Shown here piece after piece: positions 29,681-40,799 of a stretch of 64,000 nt of DNA (positions are counted from its first letter, which is position 1; each line of letters begins with the position of its first letter). Source of the stretch: Sedimentisphaerales bacterium (GTDB lineage: Bacteria; Planctomycetota; Phycisphaerae; Sedimentisphaerales; SM23-30); assembly GCA_963666285.1 (NCBI GenBank), contig OY762711.1. One strand, 5' to 3'. The notes beneath the pieces are model-generated. The model was not told the origin of the DNA. It did not search any database and saw only the letters and a list, made by a program, of their open reading frames with translations. A program made the position numbers and the translations under genes.

Positions 29681-30910
29681 TTACGGATAACAGAAACCCA
29701 TCAAATTATCAAAATGCTCAGAATCAATAGTAGAGTCAAAATCTTCTCTATTCAATTCTGACATATCAACGCCACCAAAGCTTTTAACACGACAGCCCTG
29801 ATCGCAACCCAGAGTCTTAACCTTTTGGATAACATCCGGCGGCATAGGATCGCCAAATTCGTCAAAAGCTTCAACAATTATTGGATTAAACGGTTTCTTA
29901 TCATTATACTTAACCACAACAGCCCATGTGCCTTTCTCCAGAAGAAGTTTGGCACCGATTGGAAACGGCTGAACAATACCGGAAAATACTTTTAGAATAA
30001 CCGGGTCATAAAACCTGCTCATTGATGTATTGAGCATTTCATTAAGTACCAGAGCCGGATGCCTGGCCTGTTTATAAACTTTATCGCAAATAGCCGAACT
30101 ATAAGCATCGGCAACCCTGACAATTTTGGCAAAGATATTTATCTTTTTACCTTCTAGCCCTTCGGGGTACCCTGAACCATCCATATTTTCATGATGAGTC
30201 TTGATCACGAGCTTCACCATAGGATCTACCTGTTCCGGAAGCATATCAGCCCCCTTGAAGGGATGATAACGGACCAGCTCTTTTTCTTCATCGGTAAGAG
30301 GTTCTTTCTTATTATACAGATACGAAATTGGAGTCATACCAATATCGTGCAGAAAAGATGCTAATGCGAGCGGATTCAAATTAAAGGCATTGCTCAAAGA
30401 CTTTGCCGCTGATAATCTTTCACGTTCGCTTTTAATATAATTCTTGATTGTATTGCCAATTAACACACTAAGATAAAACACATTGGCACAATGTTCCTGC
30501 AGATAATCATCCCAGTTTCCAGATTTATCGATAACAGCACAAGCTACAGGATTCGTGAGTATATAATCCATTGTTTCCTGTATAGTAGACTGAAGACCTG
30601 ACACATGGTTTCCATCCAATGTAACACCATCTCGCAACTGTCCGCTTACTTTTGAAGCAAGTTTTGAGATCCTGCTTCGAGCCGCCTGGGAGACTTCATA
30701 GTCAGCAGAGTCGTTGGCAAAATCAACCGCTCCATCAAGCATTGGATCCTTGATATGAACCGAGATATCGGGCATCAGCCTTTTCAAACCTGCAATATCA
30801 CGGTCAGAAATAACTCTATTAAAAGCGAGTAGAACGCTATAATTATTCATAACATTCTTCGCAAGCTGCATTCCCGGCTCAAGTTCTTCTACTTTGAGAA
30901 TAATAGGCAT
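29681..30910 (-). CDS. HD-GYP domain phosphodiesterase
   Basis: LHDIG, HHENMDGSGYPEGL, KIVRVADAY motifs. Confidence 0.9.
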   Translation of the reverse strand: MPIILKVEELEPGMQLAKNVMNNYSVLLAFNRVISDRDIAGLKRLMPDISVHIKDPMLDGAVDFANDSADYEVSQAARSRISKLASKVSGQLRDGVTLDGNHVSGLQSTIQETMDYILTNPVACAVIDKSGNWDDYLQEHCANVFYLSVLIGNTIKNYIKSERERLSAAKSLSNAFNLNPLALASFLHDIGMTPISYLYNKKEPLTDEEKELVRYHPFKGADMLPEQVDPMVKLVIKTHHENMDGSGYPEGLEGKKINIFAKIVRVADAYSSAICDKVYKQARHPALVLNEMLNTSMSRFYDPVILKVFSGIVQPFPIGAKLLLEKGTWAVVVKYNDKKPFNPIIVEAFDEFGDPMPPDVIQKVKTLGCDQGCRVKSFGGVDMSELNREDFDSTIDSEHFDNLMGFCYP

Positions 30911-30947
30911 ATAATCACCTGCTTTTAACTTGCTATACTGCCAATCA

Positions 30948-32966
30948 TCAGGTATCTAAGTCAGTATTTTCATTATCATCAAATTCATCATTATTATCAG
31001 TATTTTCAGCATCAAGTTTCTGACGTTCAGACTCTAGTAATTCAGAAACAGTAGGACGGTCAAGCACCTCACCGTTGATAATCATGTGAACTTCATCACC
31101 ATCAATAGTTTCATATTTTTCGAGAGCCTTACACAGTTCTTCTATGGCATCGCGATTATCTTCGATCATCTGCTTAACCTCTCGATAGGCACTATCCATA
31201 ATACCACGAATTTCCTGGTCAATCTCCAAGGCTGTCTGTTCGGAATAATCTCTGGACAACATCATTTCTCCATGAAGTCCTGGCTGATTTGGCATGCCAT
31301 AATGGACAAACCCGAGCTTTTCACTCATTCCCCATTCAGTAACCATTGCCTTGACAAGCGAAGTTGCCTGACGAATATCGCCCTGGGCACCATTGGAAAT
31401 ATCACCACAGAAGACCTCTTCTGCTATTCTACCTCCAAGACATACCTTGATATAATCATCACAATAGGCCTTGTTATAATAATGCCTGTCTTTTTCCGGC
31501 AGAGAGAAAGTAACACCACCCATCTGGCCGCGAGGGATAACACTTACTTTATGGATAGGGTCAGTGTTTTTAAGTAACGCCTGAACAAGAGCATGACCTG
31601 CTTCATGATATGCAGTAATTTTACGCTCTTTCTGATCAACAACTTTGCTGCGATTAGCACGACCCCAGCGTACTTTATCTCTAGCCTCTTCGAGATTAGA
31701 CATTTCGACGGCATCTTTTTCTTCCAAGGTGGCCTGTATTGCGGCCTCATTAATAATAGCTTCCAAATCAGCACCGCTAAACATTGGAGTAGCACGTGCC
31801 AGCCTGTCCAGGTCAACATCAGCAGCCATTTTAATTTTACGGGCGTGAACTTCCAGAATGCCCTTCCTGCCTTTTACATCGGGTAATGAGACATACACCT
31901 GCCGGTCAAAACGTCCCGGCCTGGTAAGAGCATTGTCAAGTACATCGGCACGGTTAGTAGCAGCAATAACAATTACCTGATCGTCAGTGCTAAAACCATC
32001 CATTTCGACAAGAATCGCGTTCAGAGTCTGCTCTCTTTCGTCATTACCGCCACCGGCAATACCTGCTCCACGTTTACGGCCAACAGCATCTATTTCATCG
32101 AGAAATATTATACAAGGAGAATTTTCCTTGGCCTGTTTGAATAAATCACGAACGCGTGAAGCACCGACACCAACAAACATTTCAACAAAATCACTTCCAG
32201 AAATACTAAAGAAAGGTACATCAGCTTCACCCGCAATAGCTTTGGCCATAAGAGTCTTACCACAGCCCGGCTCACCAATCAGCAGAATACCCCTTGGAAT
32301 ACGTCCGCCCAATCTCTGGAACTTACGCGGATTTCTCAGAAACTGAATAATTTCCTGAACTTCGTCCTTGGCTTCATCAATTCCGGCAACATCCTTGAAA
32401 GTAACTTTTGATTGTTCCCGACTGTGCACGGTATGTCGACTGCGTCCAAAGTTGCCAAGTAACCCGCCGCCGCCTCGCATCTGCCGGAAGACAAAGAAAT
32501 ACATAAAACCAAGCAGCAGGAGCCATGGCAGCATAAAGCCCAGCATTTCCTTAAACATGCTAGGTTCCTTTGGAGTGACAGGTATTCCCTTTTCCACGGC
32601 TTTAGATATGACAAACTCTACCAGTTCATGCGGCACGTTTACTACAAAATGCTTCTCTTCAGGATTATGTCCGGAAACATCATCTTTAAGGACACCATAA
32701 ACTTTGTATTCCTGGTACTCCAGAGACGCAATAGGAGTATTTACATTATTGATCCTATTAATTAATTCAGTGAGAGTGATCTCAACTCCTTTAGAACCCA
32801 TATCACTAAAAAGTGAGGTAATCAACATAACTAGTATGATAAATACAAACATCAGGTTCATCCCGCCACCTGGTGTCTTCATACCAAATATGTTATTCGG
32901 CTTCTTACCATCTTTTTTCGGGTCGTTATTATTTTCCTGGTTATTATTTTCTTTTTCAGGGGCCAT
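30948..32966 (-). CDS. ftsH: ATP-dependent zinc metalloprotease FtsH
   Basis: Two TM helices, Walker [23 protein letters not shown] and HEAGH. Confidence 0.98.
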   Translation of the reverse strand: MAPEKENNNQENNNDPKKDGKKPNNIFGMKTPGGGMNLMFVFIILVMLITSLFSDMGSKGVEITLTELINRINNVNTPIASLEYQEYKVYGVLKDDVSGHNPEEKHFVVNVPHELVEFVISKAVEKGIPVTPKEPSMFKEMLGFMLPWLLLLGFMYFFVFRQMRGGGGLLGNFGRSRHTVHSREQSKVTFKDVAGIDEAKDEVQEIIQFLRNPRKFQRLGGRIPRGILLIGEPGCGKTLMAKAIAGEADVPFFSISGSDFVEMFVGVGASRVRDLFKQAKENSPCIIFLDEIDAVGRKRGAGIAGGGNDEREQTLNAILVEMDGFSTDDQVIVIAATNRADVLDNALTRPGRFDRQVYVSLPDVKGRKGILEVHARKIKMAADVDLDRLARATPMFSGADLEAIINEAAIQATLEEKDAVEMSNLEEARDKVRWGRANRSKVVDQKERKITAYHEAGHALVQALLKNTDPIHKVSVIPRGQMGGVTFSLPEKDRHYYNKAYCDDYIKVCLGGRIAEEVFCGDISNGAQGDIRQATSLVKAMVTEWGMSEKLGFVHYGMPNQPGLHGEMMLSRDYSEQTALEIDQEIRGIMDSAYREVKQMIEDNRDAIEELCKALEKYETIDGDEVHMIINGEVLDRPTVSELLESERQKLDAENTDNNDEFDDNENTDLDT

Positions 32967-33077
32967 TAGCCATAAGCCTTTCTACTTTTATATATATCAG
33001 TATAGTTTTCTATATCGTTTTTGCACTAATCAAAATTCAGTCTATGTCATAGCAATACATAAAAAGAATAAGGAACT

Positions 33078-33593
33078 TTACCAGCCCTGCTCCATACTTT
33101 CCACAATCTCAACAGCTATTTTATTTACTGCTTCCTGAGAAGCTACCTGCAAACTATCATTTTGCAGGGAAGAATAATGTCCGCTGAAACGAAATCTCTG
33201 GCGATCAATAAGCAGCTTACCGGTTCGAAGATCTTTCCAGGTTACTTCAGCAGTTACAATCAGCTGTTCCTGCATAGGTCGGTCCAAACGACGCTGGTGA
33301 GACAGAACTCGTTCTGAAACGTCGAGAATCTTTCCATATATTACAGAATCAGCATCTTTTTTATTTGCCCGTATTTTATACGGGGTGTTTGCCGCAATAC
33401 GCTGAACCAGAGCATTTGTAAGCTCAAATTCAATTCCTTTACGAAAGCTCAAAGAGTCAAACATTTCAACGCAGACAGTATCGATTTTGTCATCAAACAG
33501 GCTGGCAGTAGAATAACCTTTTTCAGGGTCAACAGAATCACATCCTGCCAAAGAAACAAAGATCAATAAACAAATTATTTTAATTATTTTCAT
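33078..33593 (-). CDS. lptE: LPS assembly lipoprotein LptE family
   Basis: Lipobox LAG-C, IEFELTNAL, ADSVIYGKI, VTWKDLRTGK; adjacent to bamD. Confidence 0.75.
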   Translation of the reverse strand: MKIIKIICLLIFVSLAGCDSVDPEKGYSTASLFDDKIDTVCVEMFDSLSFRKGIEFELTNALVQRIAANTPYKIRANKKDADSVIYGKILDVSERVLSHQRRLDRPMQEQLIVTAEVTWKDLRTGKLLIDRQRFRFSGHYSSLQNDSLQVASQEAVNKIAVEIVESMEQGW

Positions 33594-33608
33594 TATATCT
33601 GTATTCTA

Positions 33609-34550
33609 TTAAGAGTCTTGCTCACAGTTTTCTTCAGCATCCTGGATCAATCTTATTGCATTCTGCCCATATTCCGATTCAGGAGCCATTTCCAAAACAT
33701 TTTGCCAATATAAAACAGCCTGTTTAGTTTTACCGGTCCTATAGTAAAAATCGGCTATTTCATACTCCTTCTTAACCTTCTCAAGCCTAATCCAGGCTAA
33801 AGTATCCTCTACTGCATTATCTTTTGCTCTTTCGGGGAATCTAAGTAAAAACTGTTTATAATGCACAGCAGCTTCATCAAGGCATACGTCATCATAAAAA
33901 CAGCCCTGATATTGACTTTTCAGGGATTCAGCCAACATATACAAAGCCCTTGGGAAATGACAACTTTGACTATAGGATATAGTTATTCTCTGGTATTCCT
34001 GCTCAGATTCGAAATACTTGCCTCTCTCGTAAAAATGGTCGGCCCTAAGCATAATTGCCATGGCGGCAGCCTTTGATCCAGGCCAGCGAGAATCAATATC
34101 ATCTAAAATTTTTAATCCTTCCAACCTGGCTGAAGTCCGGAAAAATTTCCAGAAGGTACGCTTTTGACCGGCGAGGAATAACTTGCTAATTTCCATCTCA
34201 CGGTTGATAATATAAGCGAAATAACTGGTAGCACCAAACTGATTTAACAAATCTTCATATTTCAGATATGACTGATAGTAGTGTTTTTTGTCATAAAGTG
34301 CGTCTGCGTAAGTTTTTAGAGCAACTTCAAGATAGAGGGAATTAGGATTTTCCTTTATCCATCTCTTTGACAAACTGCATACCTTATTTATTTTTCCCTC
34401 ATTATACAGGTCAACAATTTTGGTCAGTTCTTCCGGCATCTGATCCTGATTAGTATTCATGGAGGGCTTACCACAACCTCCTGACATCAGCACCATCATA
34501 AGTACTGACAGTATACAAAAATGTTTCAAAATGCCGGATATATTATTCAT
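33609..34550 (-). CDS. bamD: Outer membrane protein assembly factor BamD-like TPR lipoprotein
   Basis: Lipobox SGG-C, TPR-like repeats, FLLRFP, KEYEIADFYYR. Confidence 0.78.
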   Translation of the reverse strand: MNNISGILKHFCILSVLMMVLMSGGCGKPSMNTNQDQMPEELTKIVDLYNEGKINKVCSLSKRWIKENPNSLYLEVALKTYADALYDKKHYYQSYLKYEDLLNQFGATSYFAYIINREMEISKLFLAGQKRTFWKFFRTSARLEGLKILDDIDSRWPGSKAAAMAIMLRADHFYERGKYFESEQEYQRITISYSQSCHFPRALYMLAESLKSQYQGCFYDDVCLDEAAVHYKQFLLRFPERAKDNAVEDTLAWIRLEKVKKEYEIADFYYRTGKTKQAVLYWQNVLEMAPESEYGQNAIRLIQDAEENCEQDS

Positions 34551-35059
34551 ATGCTAACCTTTCATAAGTCACAGCGATGAAATTGTCACCAAAAAGCCAG
34601 ACAATACATAAGACTAAATTCACACAACAAAAATCACCAGAAACTCTGGATATATAAAACCATATGTATTAACAATTTCTGCCGAATTGTAGATTATAAT
34701 CGAGCTTCTCATATAATTCAACAATAAGCCAGCTCAAGGATTACGAAGAAATTCAAAACTCTGTTCCACCAAATTATTACTTTTTAAGCCAAAAAACAGT
34801 TATACGGACTATTTATCGTCAAAATTGCAGTATGGACAATAAAAATGGGAATATTTCTTATTTTTTCCCAACCATGACAAAAATTACGAGTATAATTAGT
34901 GCCAGCCAGGAGCTAAAACATGCTCACCAATGGAAAAACACATTTTGATTGATTATAATCTTCAAACAACACAAAATAATGTTCGTAGATAATATAAGAG
35001 CTGAAAACAAGCGTTTTCTCTCATTTTTTTAACCTCCCACCCAAGCAGGAGTTGCAACA

Positions 35060-36118
35060 ATGAATAAAGTTTTATCAATGATAATATCCATTGCACTATG
35101 TGCCGGCTATGCTACAGCCGGAGGTGAAGGCTGGATAAACGACTTTGAAGCTGCCAAAAAACAGGCGGCAAAAGAAAAAAAAGACATTCTAATCGACTTC
35201 ACCGGGTCAGACTGGTGCGGATGGTGCATAAAACTTCGCGATGAAGTTTTCAGCAAGGAACATTTTAAGAAAGAGGCACCAAAAAAGTTTATTCTCCTGG
35301 AAATTGATTTCCCCAAAGATAAATCCAAGCTTACCGAAGAAATTATCAAGCAAAATGACTTGATGGCAAAAGAATTCAAAATCAGAGGATATCCTACAAT
35401 TGTACTGACAAATGCCAAGGGCGAACCTTATGCTTCGACAGGATACCGGGAAGGCGGCCCGGAAAAATACATTGAACACCTGAATGAATTTCACAATCAA
35501 AACGCCGAATTCCAGGAAATAATAGCCAAGTCAGAAAAAGCCGAAACAAATGCAGAAAAAGCTAAGCTAATTGACCAGGCTGTAAGCCTGTTGGATGAAG
35601 AAACTTTATCAAAATATTACGGCAAATATCAGGATATGATCATCGAACTTGATGCTGACAACTCACTAAAACTAAGAAATAAATACCTGTTTAAAAAAGA
35701 GCTGCCAGAGCTGTTTGAACTCCAGGATGATCCGGAAAAATTCATAACGAGAGCGGATGAACTGATAAAAGAACTTCAGCTGGAAGGTGAAGACCTGGAA
35801 TTCATCAACGATGCAAAAATAGAGATACAAATTCAGGCTAAAATTAAAACTCTGGCCGGTCTGCAGGAAGAGCCTGAAAAGCTGCTCAAAGGAGTTGATG
35901 ATATCATTGCAGATCTAAAACTGGAAGGTAAGTACAAACAGCAAATGATTACACAAAAGGCAATGATTAACCTGCACCTGCAAAAGGATATGGATGCAGC
36001 TATTGCCAATATTGAAAATGCCATTGAAGTTTCACCTGACTCTGAAGATGCAAAAATGCTGGAAGAGTTCAAGAATAAGATCATAGAAGAAAAGAATAAC
36101 GCAAGCAGCGAAGGTTAA
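35060..36118 (+). CDS. Exported thioredoxin-family protein with helical C-terminus
   Basis: Signal peptide; DFTGSDWCGWCIKL; GYPT cis-Pro loop. Confidence 0.9.
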   Translation: MNKVLSMIISIALCAGYATAGGEGWINDFEAAKKQAAKEKKDILIDFTGSDWCGWCIKLRDEVFSKEHFKKEAPKKFILLEIDFPKDKSKLTEEIIKQNDLMAKEFKIRGYPTIVLTNAKGEPYASTGYREGGPEKYIEHLNEFHNQNAEFQEIIAKSEKAETNAEKAKLIDQAVSLLDEETLSKYYGKYQDMIIELDADNSLKLRNKYLFKKELPELFELQDDPEKFITRADELIKELQLEGEDLEFINDAKIEIQIQAKIKTLAGLQEEPEKLLKGVDDIIADLKLEGKYKQQMITQKAMINLHLQKDMDAAIANIENAIEVSPDSEDAKMLEEFKNKIIEEKNNASSEG

Positions 36119-36173
36119 TTGCACCAGGCAAAAGGCAGGAGTCTAAATCTTTTCTGCTTTTAATCACATCAAC

Positions 36174-36209
36174 AAAAAGGCAGGTAATCATCTTACCCGC
36201 CTTTTTTTT
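36174..36209. terminator. Bidirectional terminator between the thioredoxin gene and lon
   Basis: AAAAAGGCAGGTAA-TCATC-TTACCCGCCTTTTTTTT. Confidence 0.75.
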
Positions 36210-36231
36210 CTTATTTTCAATGAATAATCAT

Positions 36232-38988
36232 CTATAACTCCAAGGCAATTTTAAGAACCTGATCAGCATTGCGAACAAATTCAAACTTCAGGGCCTTGGA
36301 AACTTCTTTTGGCACTTCTGCCAGGTCTTTTTTATTACGTTCCGGTAAAATCACTGTCTTTATCCCAGCTTCGCGGGCTGCCAGCAGTTTTTCTTTCAAA
36401 CCGCCAATCGGCATAGCAAGCCCTCTAAGGGTAATTTCGCCGGTCATAGCAACGTCACTTTGGACAGGAATACCGGTAAGCAGTGAAGCCATTGAAGTAA
36501 ACATAGCCAAACCTGCAGATGGACCATCTTTCGGGACAGCACCAGCCGGGACATGAATATGAATATCACGCTGATCCATTGTCTCAATATCACTCAGTAT
36601 AGCTTTTAACTCGGCAAAAGGTGTTGTCCGCCTAACCCTGGTTTCCAAAGCCATACTCTTAAGCACACTTAACGCTGCTCTGGCAGACTCTTTCATAACA
36701 TCGCCGAGCTGTCCGGTCAGAATCAACTGCCCTTTACCTGGCAGCAGGGTAGATTCAATAAATAATATCTCACCTCCAACCGGAGTATACGCCAATCCGG
36801 TAGCAACACCGGGAGTACTGGTACGAAGTGCAAGCTCAGACTCGTACCTGGTTGGCCCAAGAATATCACTCAACTGCTTGACACTAATAGTAGCGCTCTT
36901 ACGCTTACCTTCGGCAATCTCAGCAGCAGTTGACCTGCAAACCGTAGCAATCTCTCTTTCAAGATTTCTAACACCCGCTTCCCGAGTATACTTATCAATT
37001 ATCAAATGTAAGGCATCTTCCTTCAAAGTAAATGTCTTATCAGTAAGCCCGTTTTCTTTCATCTGGCGGGGAACAAGATATTTTTTACCTATATTAAGTT
37101 TTTCAGACGCGGTATAACCAGGTATCTCGATAACTTCAAGTCGATCTTTAAGGGCATGCGGAACAGCTTCCATATAATTTGCAGTACCAATAAACATGAC
37201 TTTGGAAAGGTCAAAAGGCTGGTCAATAAAGTGGTCGGTAAAAGTATTATTCTGCTGTGGATCCAGCACTTCCAGTAATGCTGATGCCGGATCACCTCTA
37301 AAATCGGCACCAATCTTATCGAGCTCGTCCAACATGAATACTGGATTATTACTGCCGCATTTTCTTATTTCCTGGATTACTCTGCCGGGAAGCGAGCCAA
37401 TATAAGTACGGCGATGACCGCGAATATCTGCCTCATCACGAATACCTCCAAGAGACATGCGGATAAATTTTCGGCCCATACTGCGTGCGATACTTCGTCC
37501 CAGAGAGGTCTTGCCAACACCGGGAGGTCCGGCAAAACACAGTATCGGGCTGCGACCTTCAGGATTCAGTTTACGAACGGCAAGAAACTCCAAAATGCGT
37601 TTCTTAACATTCTTTAATCCAAAATGGTCGGCGTTTAATATTCTGCGAGCACGCGCAATATTCAGATTATCTTCGGTTGACTCATCCCAGGGCAGTTCAC
37701 ATAACCATTCGAGATAATTGCTCAAAACGCTAAATTCAGGACTCATTACCGGTATCTGACTAAGACGCTGTAACTCGCGCATAGCTTCGAATTCAATATC
37801 TTCCGGCATAGATGCTTCACGAATCTGCTCTTCCAGCTCGATTACTTCGGCAGACCTACCTTCGTCCTGCCCAAGCTCTTTTTGTATTGCTTTAAGCTGC
37901 TCCTGAAGGAAATATTCTCTCTGATTCTTGTCAATTGCCTGATGAACCTTACTCTGAATCTTTTCGCTCAACTCCAACATTTCCAGCTGGTTTGCCATTG
38001 AAACAGAAAGCTTGTTCAAACGCTCCTTGATGTCTATTGCTTCAAGAACCCCCTGCTTTTCTTCCTGGGAGAAATGAATATTTCCAGCCAGAAAATCCGC
38101 CAGAGGTCCGGGATCATCAATATTCTGCATGATAACATGCACTTCTTCAGGAATATTAGGTGATAATTGAAGAATACGTTCAGCCATATTCTTGATATTA
38201 TTAAGCTGAGCTTCAACTTCAATTGAGACATTGCCTTTCTCAGGCGGCAGCGGTTCTATTTCAGCCTGAAGATAGGGTTCAGATGTAATCCATTTTTTAA
38301 CTTTGAATCTCATCAAACCATGAACAACAACTGTTTTATTACCATCAGGCATATTAATAGTCTTTAATACAGCAACAATAGTACCGGTCGCATAAACATC
38401 ATTAAAGCCCGGATCATCTGTATCCTGATCTACCTGGGTGATAACTCCAAATACTTTCTCGCTGCCTTCCTGTTCTGTCAAATCCTTGAGCAAAGCCTGG
38501 CTCTGAGGCCTACCTACGCCCAAAGGAACAACAATTCCGGGGAAAAGTACAATATTTCTTAACGCCATAATCCCAATTGTACTTGGAATAATATACCTGT
38601 GTATCTCATCAGGCTGCTCATCATTAGCACCGTTGCCATTACCATTAATCTTTCGATGCTCGACAACAGCTTCAACTTTTTTATCTTTTGCCTGATGAGT
38701 GCTCTTGCTACTGACAACCTTTACACTGTTCTGAGTCTCAATCATATTAGAACTCAGGTCAATGTCTTCAATTTCTGAATCAGATGTATCAACCTGTGAG
38801 GTCATGTCAAAAATATTGAAATTATTTTTTTTGTCTGATTCAGATTCGGACTTACCATTTTTGGTATCATTCTGACTGTCTTCTACTGCCTGATTGGCAG
38901 TTTCATCTGCCGCCAAAGACTCATTATCTGACTTTTCAGCAGGCTTAACGGTACTTTTTTTAGTTTTTTTTGTCTTCTTTTCAGTCAT
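36232..38988 (-). CDS. lon: Lon protease (endopeptidase La) with an N-terminal low-complexity extension
   Basis: GPPGVGKTS, DEADIRGHRRTYIG, PKDGPSAG, TGEITLRG and GGLKEK. Confidence 0.98.
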   Translation of the reverse strand: MTEKKTKKTKKSTVKPAEKSDNESLAADETANQAVEDSQNDTKNGKSESESDKKNNFNIFDMTSQVDTSDSEIEDIDLSSNMIETQNSVKVVSSKSTHQAKDKKVEAVVEHRKINGNGNGANDEQPDEIHRYIIPSTIGIMALRNIVLFPGIVVPLGVGRPQSQALLKDLTEQEGSEKVFGVITQVDQDTDDPGFNDVYATGTIVAVLKTINMPDGNKTVVVHGLMRFKVKKWITSEPYLQAEIEPLPPEKGNVSIEVEAQLNNIKNMAERILQLSPNIPEEVHVIMQNIDDPGPLADFLAGNIHFSQEEKQGVLEAIDIKERLNKLSVSMANQLEMLELSEKIQSKVHQAIDKNQREYFLQEQLKAIQKELGQDEGRSAEVIELEEQIREASMPEDIEFEAMRELQRLSQIPVMSPEFSVLSNYLEWLCELPWDESTEDNLNIARARRILNADHFGLKNVKKRILEFLAVRKLNPEGRSPILCFAGPPGVGKTSLGRSIARSMGRKFIRMSLGGIRDEADIRGHRRTYIGSLPGRVIQEIRKCGSNNPVFMLDELDKIGADFRGDPASALLEVLDPQQNNTFTDHFIDQPFDLSKVMFIGTANYMEAVPHALKDRLEVIEIPGYTASEKLNIGKKYLVPRQMKENGLTDKTFTLKEDALHLIIDKYTREAGVRNLEREIATVCRSTAAEIAEGKRKSATISVKQLSDILGPTRYESELALRTSTPGVATGLAYTPVGGEILFIESTLLPGKGQLILTGQLGDVMKESARAALSVLKSMALETRVRRTTPFAELKAILSDIETMDQRDIHIHVPAGAVPKDGPSAGLAMFTSMASLLTGIPVQSDVAMTGEITLRGLAMPIGGLKEKLLAAREAGIKTVILPERNKKDLAEVPKEVSKALKFEFVRNADQVLKIALEL

Positions 38989-39257
38989 AATTATTATAAA
39001 ATCTTTATTTTCAGTAACTTATAAATTTAAAACACATATAATTACTTTTATGCAAAACACATACCATAATTATACATAATAAGAGATCATTAACACCACC
39101 TATAACAAATAATAATAATTATCGGTCTGCAACCAAACATAAGAACAAAAATATATTTCTATGATATAACTTGATTTAGACAATAGCGATCATATAATTA
39201 TTTAATTGAAAGTAAAGAATGGGGAAAGTTAAATAGCTGCCGGATATCCTTAAAATT

Positions 39258-40775
39258 ATGCTCAATAAACTACTTCACAATTTACTTACCGCATCAATAA
39301 TAATTACAGCAACATTCAATTCATCTTATGCAAAACCTTCCCTAATAAACCAGTCAGAACTGTCAGAGATTATTGCTGATGCCGCTCAGATCGGAATTGA
39401 GCAGCCACAGGAAATAATAGATATTAAGTCTCAACTCGATAACTTAGAAATAATTCAGCAGGAAAAGATCAAAGAACTCGGCATTGCCGGAATTACCCAT
39501 ACCGCCCGAAGTACTCTAATCCAAAAACTAAATTTAGAGTTAGCGGAAATTGAGAAAGAAATAAATAGAACTGAAGACAATCTCCTTAAGGCCTGCCTGC
39601 ATTATTCGATAATGATTTCACAAACTTGTCAGGAAATTGAATCGGAATATATAAATACTTCTAAAACCTATAGACCTGAATCAAATGAATTCCAAAAAAT
39701 TAAATCCAGGCTTTCAGCCGGTAAAAGACTAAAACAAAAATTTCAATCATATCAAATCCTATATCAGGCAAGACAAATATTAACTTCACCGCAAAAAAAC
39801 CTTTTTGACAGTATCACCGCGTACGCCAGATTGCTGTCTCTGGACCCAGGAAACAATGAAGCAATTGAATATTGCCAGGAAATGCTAAAATGGGACAGTT
39901 CGGATGACAATATTTTTTTACTGGATAATATTGACCAGTTAAGCAGCGATACAATTAACACTCTATATAACAACGGTATTGAAATTACTAAATACGGCAG
40001 CCAAGGTATTGAACTTTGCTGGATACCGTCAGGCAGCTATTCCAAAGAGGCAATCCAACAAACAGGTATAGTAAAGAAGAAAGCAAATTCAGAAATAATC
40101 ATCACTAAAGGTTTCTGGCTGAGCAAGTATGAAATAACCGTAGGCCAGTACCTGGAATTCTTAAACAGTGTAGAAACATTTGATAATAATGCCAATTACT
40201 TCAGGAATAGAGCTGAAACTGAGATAATCAATCTTAAGCTAGACAAATACAACTGTTACCAAACAACAAATGACATTTTCCTAGGTAATGCTAACAAACC
40301 TATGATTATGGTAAGCTATAACGATGCAATAGCATTCTGTAAATGGTTAAGCGACCTGGATGGGAAACAATATACTTTACCAACTGAAGCCGAATGGGAA
40401 CTGGCTGCTCGGACCACCTTTGAGACAAAATGGCATTTTGGCGACGATATTCAAATGCTTGATAACTATGCATGCTACGGCAAACTCAGCCAGCTTGCTA
40501 CCGAAGAAGTAGGAAAATTAAAACCTAATCTTTACGGCCTATACGACATATACGGCAATACCTGGGAATGGTGTCGAGACTGGTATGGTAACAACCCATT
40601 CTCGCCAGGAACAATCACTGACCCACAGGGATTAAAATTCAGCAATGAAAAAGTCATTCGTGGCGGAAGCTGGCAAAGCACACCTGATATGTGCAGTTCA
40701 TCCGGCAGAAGCTCGGCAAACCCGGAACTCAAAGATAAAGCGATTGGTTTTCGCATAATGCAAATCATGAAGTAA
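39258..40775 (+). CDS. Exported FGE-sulfatase (SUMF1/EgtB/PvdO-like) domain protein with coiled-coil N-terminus
   Basis: YEITVGQY, LPTEAEWE.AAR, PNLYGLYDIYGNTWEWC.DWY, RGGSW, IGFR. Confidence 0.88.
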   Translation: MLNKLLHNLLTASIIITATFNSSYAKPSLINQSELSEIIADAAQIGIEQPQEIIDIKSQLDNLEIIQQEKIKELGIAGITHTARSTLIQKLNLELAEIEKEINRTEDNLLKACLHYSIMISQTCQEIESEYINTSKTYRPESNEFQKIKSRLSAGKRLKQKFQSYQILYQARQILTSPQKNLFDSITAYARLLSLDPGNNEAIEYCQEMLKWDSSDDNIFLLDNIDQLSSDTINTLYNNGIEITKYGSQGIELCWIPSGSYSKEAIQQTGIVKKKANSEIIITKGFWLSKYEITVGQYLEFLNSVETFDNNANYFRNRAETEIINLKLDKYNCYQTTNDIFLGNANKPMIMVSYNDAIAFCKWLSDLDGKQYTLPTEAEWELAARTTFETKWHFGDDIQMLDNYACYGKLSQLATEEVGKLKPNLYGLYDIYGNTWEWCRDWYGNNPFSPGTITDPQGLKFSNEKVIRGGSWQSTPDMCSSSGRSSANPELKDKAIGFRIMQIMK

Positions 40776-40799
40776 TCAAATACAAATCGGGGAATTGGC

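Noticed and set aside
39258..40775. Diversity-generating retroelement target (FGE/C-type lectin fold)
   Set aside because: No reverse transcriptase or template repeat seen in the window. The 430-bp duplication elsewhere does not show adenine-specific differences.
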